A stretch of DNA of 64,000 nt from assembly GCF_947568905.1 (NCBI RefSeq), contig NC_079169.1, positions 84,258,001 to 84,322,000 of the forward strand, read 5' to 3'. The position numbers and the translations under genes were made by a program. Shown one piece after another: positions 59,663 through 64,000 of this stretch. The stretch's first letter is position 1; each line of letters starts with the position of its first letter. Under the pieces are notes generated by a model. The model saw only the letters and a list, made by a program, of their open reading frames with translations. It made no database searches and was not told the DNA's origin. The DNA comes from Ostrea edulis. Taxonomy: Eukaryota.

Positions 59663-59705
59663 ATTGTCAAATTTTCGGGACGACCTGTCCCTTCTTCAGG
59701 ACGAT
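59663..59705 (-). ncRNA. Minimal type I hammerhead ribozyme motif, probably in a Penelope pseudo-LTR
   Basis: Minus strand aucguc CUGAAGA a gggac agguc guccc GAAA au UU gacaau: core boxes, 5 bp stem II, palindromic AAUU in place of stem III, stem I 5/6 paired. Confidence 0.65.
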
Positions 59706-59976
59706 AGAATATTTACATAGAAAAGTAAGGAAAACAAAACTACAACTAAACTACAAAAGCTTCTAACAAACAAAACGTCTACATATTAAAATTATCGAGT
59801 GTAACATGTGACAATAGAATAGTTTGTTCCCATCGAACATCAAGACTAAACTTATGCTGGATAAAGACAAAAACAAAGAACGAGTTAACTAATCAGTATC
59901 CTTAAGCGGTATGTTAACTCGTTCTGATGACGGCTTATAATGAGTATTTCGTACCTGGAGGTGTAAAGCCATAAAC

Positions 59977-60127
59977 CAAAGGCGTAGCTTGGGTTCGAAT
60001 ATTACCGAGGCAGGGGGTCTGGGGGGGCTCCGCCCCCCAGAAGCTATCGACATTTTGACGAAGGTAAAAGGTGTTTTTTTTTACCGAGGCAGCTGCCTCG
60101 GTTGCCTCAATGGAAGATACGCCACTG
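59977..60127. mobile_element. 151 bp hAT-like MITE with 5 bp TSD
   Basis: caaaggcgtagctt ... aagatacgccactg inverted ends; TAAAC at 59972-59976 and 60128-60132. Confidence 0.7.
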
Positions 60128-60427
60128 TAAACTAGTGTTGAACTGTGATGGAAAGTAAAAATTATAAAGTAATATGAAAAGATTACATCAAAAAATAAAT
60201 ATTAAATCAAAAAAATAAATATCCAATCTGGCATTGGAGTATAATAAAAAATATGAAAAAAAATACTTAGGGGGACTTAGTAAGGATATTTTAAATAATA
60301 TTTAATGAATAAATAATAATACTAATAAATAATAATTTTTGACTGCTAATGATGATGCCGTGACATGTAGACGGCAAAAAAAAAATGTAAAACCAACAGT
60401 ACAACACTGAGTTATAACTAGGGGAAG

Positions 60428-61240
60428 CTAGGCCACAATCATTCTGGTGAAGTCATTGGGTTTGTTCATGCCATTGGGGCGGAATGACCTCAATCTATGC
60501 ATCCAGAATTTCTCCTTGTTTTTTCTCTCCATATCGGTCCAGTGAGTATTATGGTCAATAACCACTACTGTCATGTCTTCCCATTTGTGTCCTGCGAATT
60601 TGAAATGCTCGGCAACGGGTTCTTTGACCCTTTTGGTTTTAATGGTAGATCAGTGGTTATTGATCCTTCTACATACTAAGTCCCCTGTTTCACCTACGTA
60701 TTGTTGGTCACAGACCTTACAGCTTATGAGATAAATGCAGTCATCCGTGCGACAAGATGTGTCCCCAAGTATTCGGTAGCATCGGCCGGTTACAGGGCTC
60801 TCAAAACTGTCTGTGCTCGCGCTGTGTTTGCACAACAGGCATCTACTATCAGAACATGTTTTAAAGCCTCCATTGGGCAAAGGATTCTCCAATTTGGTTC
60901 GCGCTACCAGGGACCTATATACTAGTATATAGGTCCCTGGCACCACCATGTCTTTCAGATTTCTCGGACGTCTGAAGGCAGCCATGGGAGGTTCTTTGAA
61001 GACCTCGGTCATTCCTGGGTTAATGTGAATATGCATCAAATATGCACCGGACGAACACTTTTCAAAAAGTTACGGCCTGACCCCCAGCAAAGAGTGTTGT
61101 ACAAATGTACAACAAGGGCGAGATCGGTGACAATGCTTAGGGAGCGCTTTGTCCTAAAGACTGTAGACCAGGACAATTTTATTTACTGTCTAAAATCCAC
61201 GACAAAGGTATGCCAGATCGTTCTATAGTCATTAAAAACG
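60428..61240 (-). mobile_element. Penelope-like element C-terminal GIY-YIG endonuclease fragment (Cys-rich linker, Neptune-like)
   Basis: AFRRPRNLKD..KTCSDSRCLLCKH..CIYLISCKVCDQQYVGET..RINNH*STIK..PVAEHF..KEKFWMHRL..PNGMN; one internal TGA; upstream limit approximate. Confidence 0.8.
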
Positions 61241-61703
61241 CATGTACAATATGTAATGATAGACTTGCACCCAAGGCGATATTTGCAGTAAGGACCTCAG
61301 TAACAACCCCCTTCTCCCCTGATTCCTGAGATATGTAGACCACTTGTGTATTATGTACCTCCTTTATTCGCTCCTGTAATTTGATCTGGGGTTTTTTTTT
61401 GTTTTTTTTTTGTACACTTTGAAATAGCACGTAGTCTTTTCCGGACCAGTGACGCTTTATTTCTATTGTCTCTCAATACGCACATGCTCGATTTCACTTA
61501 CAAACATTTAACATGTGGGTGATTAATTATTTCACAGAAGGGACGATATATTTTTAAGGTAAGAGGCAAAAAAAAAGATCTTGTATTAAGATAAAATATG
61601 GTATGGGGATTTCTCCACGTGTTTCTGAACGGTTATGTAATCGTCCTTCAAAAATGTTCTCTTTTTTTTCTTTCTTTTTTTTATTCTGTAGTATCATTGC
61701 AAA

Positions 61704-64000
61704 ATGTCGATAACAACGAATGTCCCTGATGAGAAAAGGACATTTTTAAACAAGCTACACCGTCTTCGTGGGGACTTAGAATCCTACATGCTCAGAATAG
61801 ACGCACCTTATCATGACGTCACAGAGACAGACAAACGGCGATACTGTGTCGTCGTCATCGAGTTGTTGGAGTTTGCAGTGAAAAGGGCGGAGAATGTAAT
61901 TCTTAATTTCAAATAACGAAATTGTTAGTGAGGAAAATCTGTAATAAACGAAAAAATTTTAACAGTAAGGAAAATCTGTAATAGTAAGGGAAATTTGTAA
62001 CAGTAAAGAAAGTCTGTACCGGTAATAGTAAGGAAAATCTGTAACAGTAAGGGAAATTTGTAACAATAAGGAAAATATGTAACAGTAAGGAAGATCTGTA
62101 ATAGTAAGGAAAACATGTAACAGTAAGGAAAACCTGTAACAGTAAGGAAAATCTGTAATAGTAAGGAAAACATGTAACAGTAAGGAAAACCTGTAACAGT
62201 AAGGAAAATATGTAACAGTAAGGGAAATTTGTAACTGCAGAGCTGTAGCTCAATGGTCAGAAATTGTCTTGTGAGGGACGACCATACGAAGTTTTTAGCG
62301 AGCTAGAGATCTGTAGCTAAGGTGATTTAAAAAAAAAAAATAAAAAATAAACACCATACCTGCTTAACGTAAAAAAAAAATGGCATGAAGACACAATGCT
62401 AGTGGGGTTTTTTTTTCTTCATATTGTAGCTTCCCACAGAAATTTCCTTTCAACATTTGCCAACTTGGAACAATCTACATAAAGAGAACAGGAGTTTAAA
62501 GAAACAGCTGCATACCCTGAACACTGAGCAGATGCGACTATCGGTAAACTGCTGTCTGAATCACAACAATTACAAACAATGTTATTCCTTCATACTTAGT
62601 CAAGTCAATTATGTAAACTGCTGTCTGAATCACAACAATTACTAACAATGTAAACTGCTGTCTGAATCACAACAATTACAAACAATGTAAACTGCTGTCT
62701 GAATCACAACAATTACTAACAATGTAAACTGCTGTCTGAATCACAACAATTACAAACAATGTTATTCCTTCATACTTAGTCAAGTCAATTATTTTTGGAC
62801 AGCTTAATCTGCATCATTAAAAAAGCAAATATTTTGATTTTGATATATATCTTATAATGTATATGTACTCATATTTACATTTTCAATGTTTCTACCTTCA
62901 ATATCTTTACAATTGAAATGATATCCATTTCCTCATGAATGTGAACAATGTGCGTATGAAACTTGATAAATATGGTATGACTATTTTAACGGCTAGGGAT
63001 ATTCCTACAGAAATGAAAGTAAATGTAAATGATAAAAGAAATTAATTTTTGAAAATACATGAGGGTATGAACAGCAACTCCTCACGCCAGATATATTTCA
63101 TGAAGCCCTACTGCACCTCATGAAGTCTGTCGGTAAAACGTCGCAGTTCACGCCCCCATGTATTTCAAAATGAAATTTATATATCTTATTAAAGTAAATA
63201 CCTAGTACAAGAGTACCGCTAAGGACTGCAAATCACCCCATCGACACCTACAACGACATCATATACTGGCCGTGACCTTGACCTACGACATTTTGACACA
63301 GAGATCAGTATTATCTTCCTCTGCCTTCATCTTTGTTTTAACATTTCTAGCCAAATGATGTTCACAGCATTGTTCCAGACGCACACGCACGCATATTTCC
63401 CGCCACTTTGTTGTAAGGGTGTAGAACTTGATATTTTAGGTGTTGCTGGAATCTGCTAATAGAAATCTTAGAGAACTACATGAGACAGATTCACAAACAA
63501 CAACGACAGAAGACACTCACGAGGACCTGAGAAGTGGCGTGCTTCTGTCCAGAGAACTGGACGCCGCTTACAAATCTCTCTTCCCTATAGAAGAAGTGTC
63601 ATCAAGAATGGAAAAAGATTCCACCCCAACGGAAATAACAAACACAAAGCCGACTGCGAGGGCGGCATTAAAGACCGACGGCAACGTTCAAGTAGTTTCC
63701 TTCAGAGGATACCCTGCCGACAAACCGTTTTCACAGGACAGTTTCGAATCACCCAGAAGTTCGAACCGTGGCAAATTATACAATTCCAAAACCACTCCAA
63801 GGATTTCTGAAACGAAGAGTAATCCCAGATTTTACGAACAACGGACTTCTGAGAGAGTACAGAATACACCGAGAAAAAGCTTTAACGATTCTGACACGAT
63901 AAAAACAACATACAATCCTCAGAGAAAAAAATACAAGGAATACGAAAAGAACCTTCAAAATACAATTGAAAATATGGCGGATCAAAACTCTGAACTGCTC
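61704..64000 (+). CDS. Unidentified gene, first three coding exons (helical N-terminus, coiled coil, Ser/Thr-rich); runs off window end
   Basis: Phase-0 joins 61704-61895 (aat|gtaatt), 62430-62543 (tgtag|..tcg|gtaaac) and 63440->64000 (ttttag|; 187 open codons): ..AVKRAEN-LPTEISF..EQMRLS-VLLESANRNLRELHE.. Confidence 0.5.
61930..62235. repeat. 19 bp minisatellite, ~15 copies
   Basis: Unit aacagtaaggaaaatctgt; explains ORFs 61909-62253 and 61925-62173. Confidence 0.9.
62544..62790. repeat. ~37 bp tandem repeat beginning at a putative donor site, 5 copies
   Basis: Unit gtaaactgctgtctgaatcacaacaatta(c/ct)aacaat. Confidence 0.85.

Noticed and set aside
59237-59766. ORFs containing X runs
   Set aside because: Artefacts of the N gap.
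59924-59977. Second hammerhead-like motif (ctgatga..ggctt..aagcc)
   Set aside because: The GAAA box is absent (ataaac) and stems I/III cannot be built.
61909-62253. Minus-strand ORFs with repeated FPYCY/LLLQIF
   Set aside because: Translations of the 19 bp minisatellite.

Overview
AT-rich, intron-containing eukaryotic DNA, most likely a bivalve (oyster-like; inferred from the repeat families and gene content). Positions 1-9293 recur at ~99% identity at 37816-52885. Each copy carries an intronless B-box/coiled-coil/NHL (TRIM-like) gene, a tRNA-LTR mini-retrotransposon and a decayed hAT transposase with an N-terminal OTU/vertnin-like protease domain. Between the copies lie 37 exons (~5.5 kb coding) of the 3' part of a twitchin gene (Fn3/Ig repeats, kinase, five C-terminal Ig domains). 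This twitchin copy is broken: three in-frame stops, a phase-breaking loss of exons and one damaged exon, so it looks like the dead half-copy from a ~37.8 kb tandem duplication. At least seven of its exon/intron boundaries are amplified into local tandem arrays that multiply the splice site itself (up to 19 perfect GTAAGT donors). Copy 2 has four extra mobile-element insertions, including a full-length RTE LINE with target-site duplication. It is followed by an intact 4-exon C-type lectin gene whose ATG lies 35 bp from the transposon break, then Penelope-like fragments (one with a minimal hammerhead ribozyme), an L2/CR1 fragment, a 259-N gap and the 5' exons of an unidentified gene. All coordinates and alignments were read by eye; no database searches were run.
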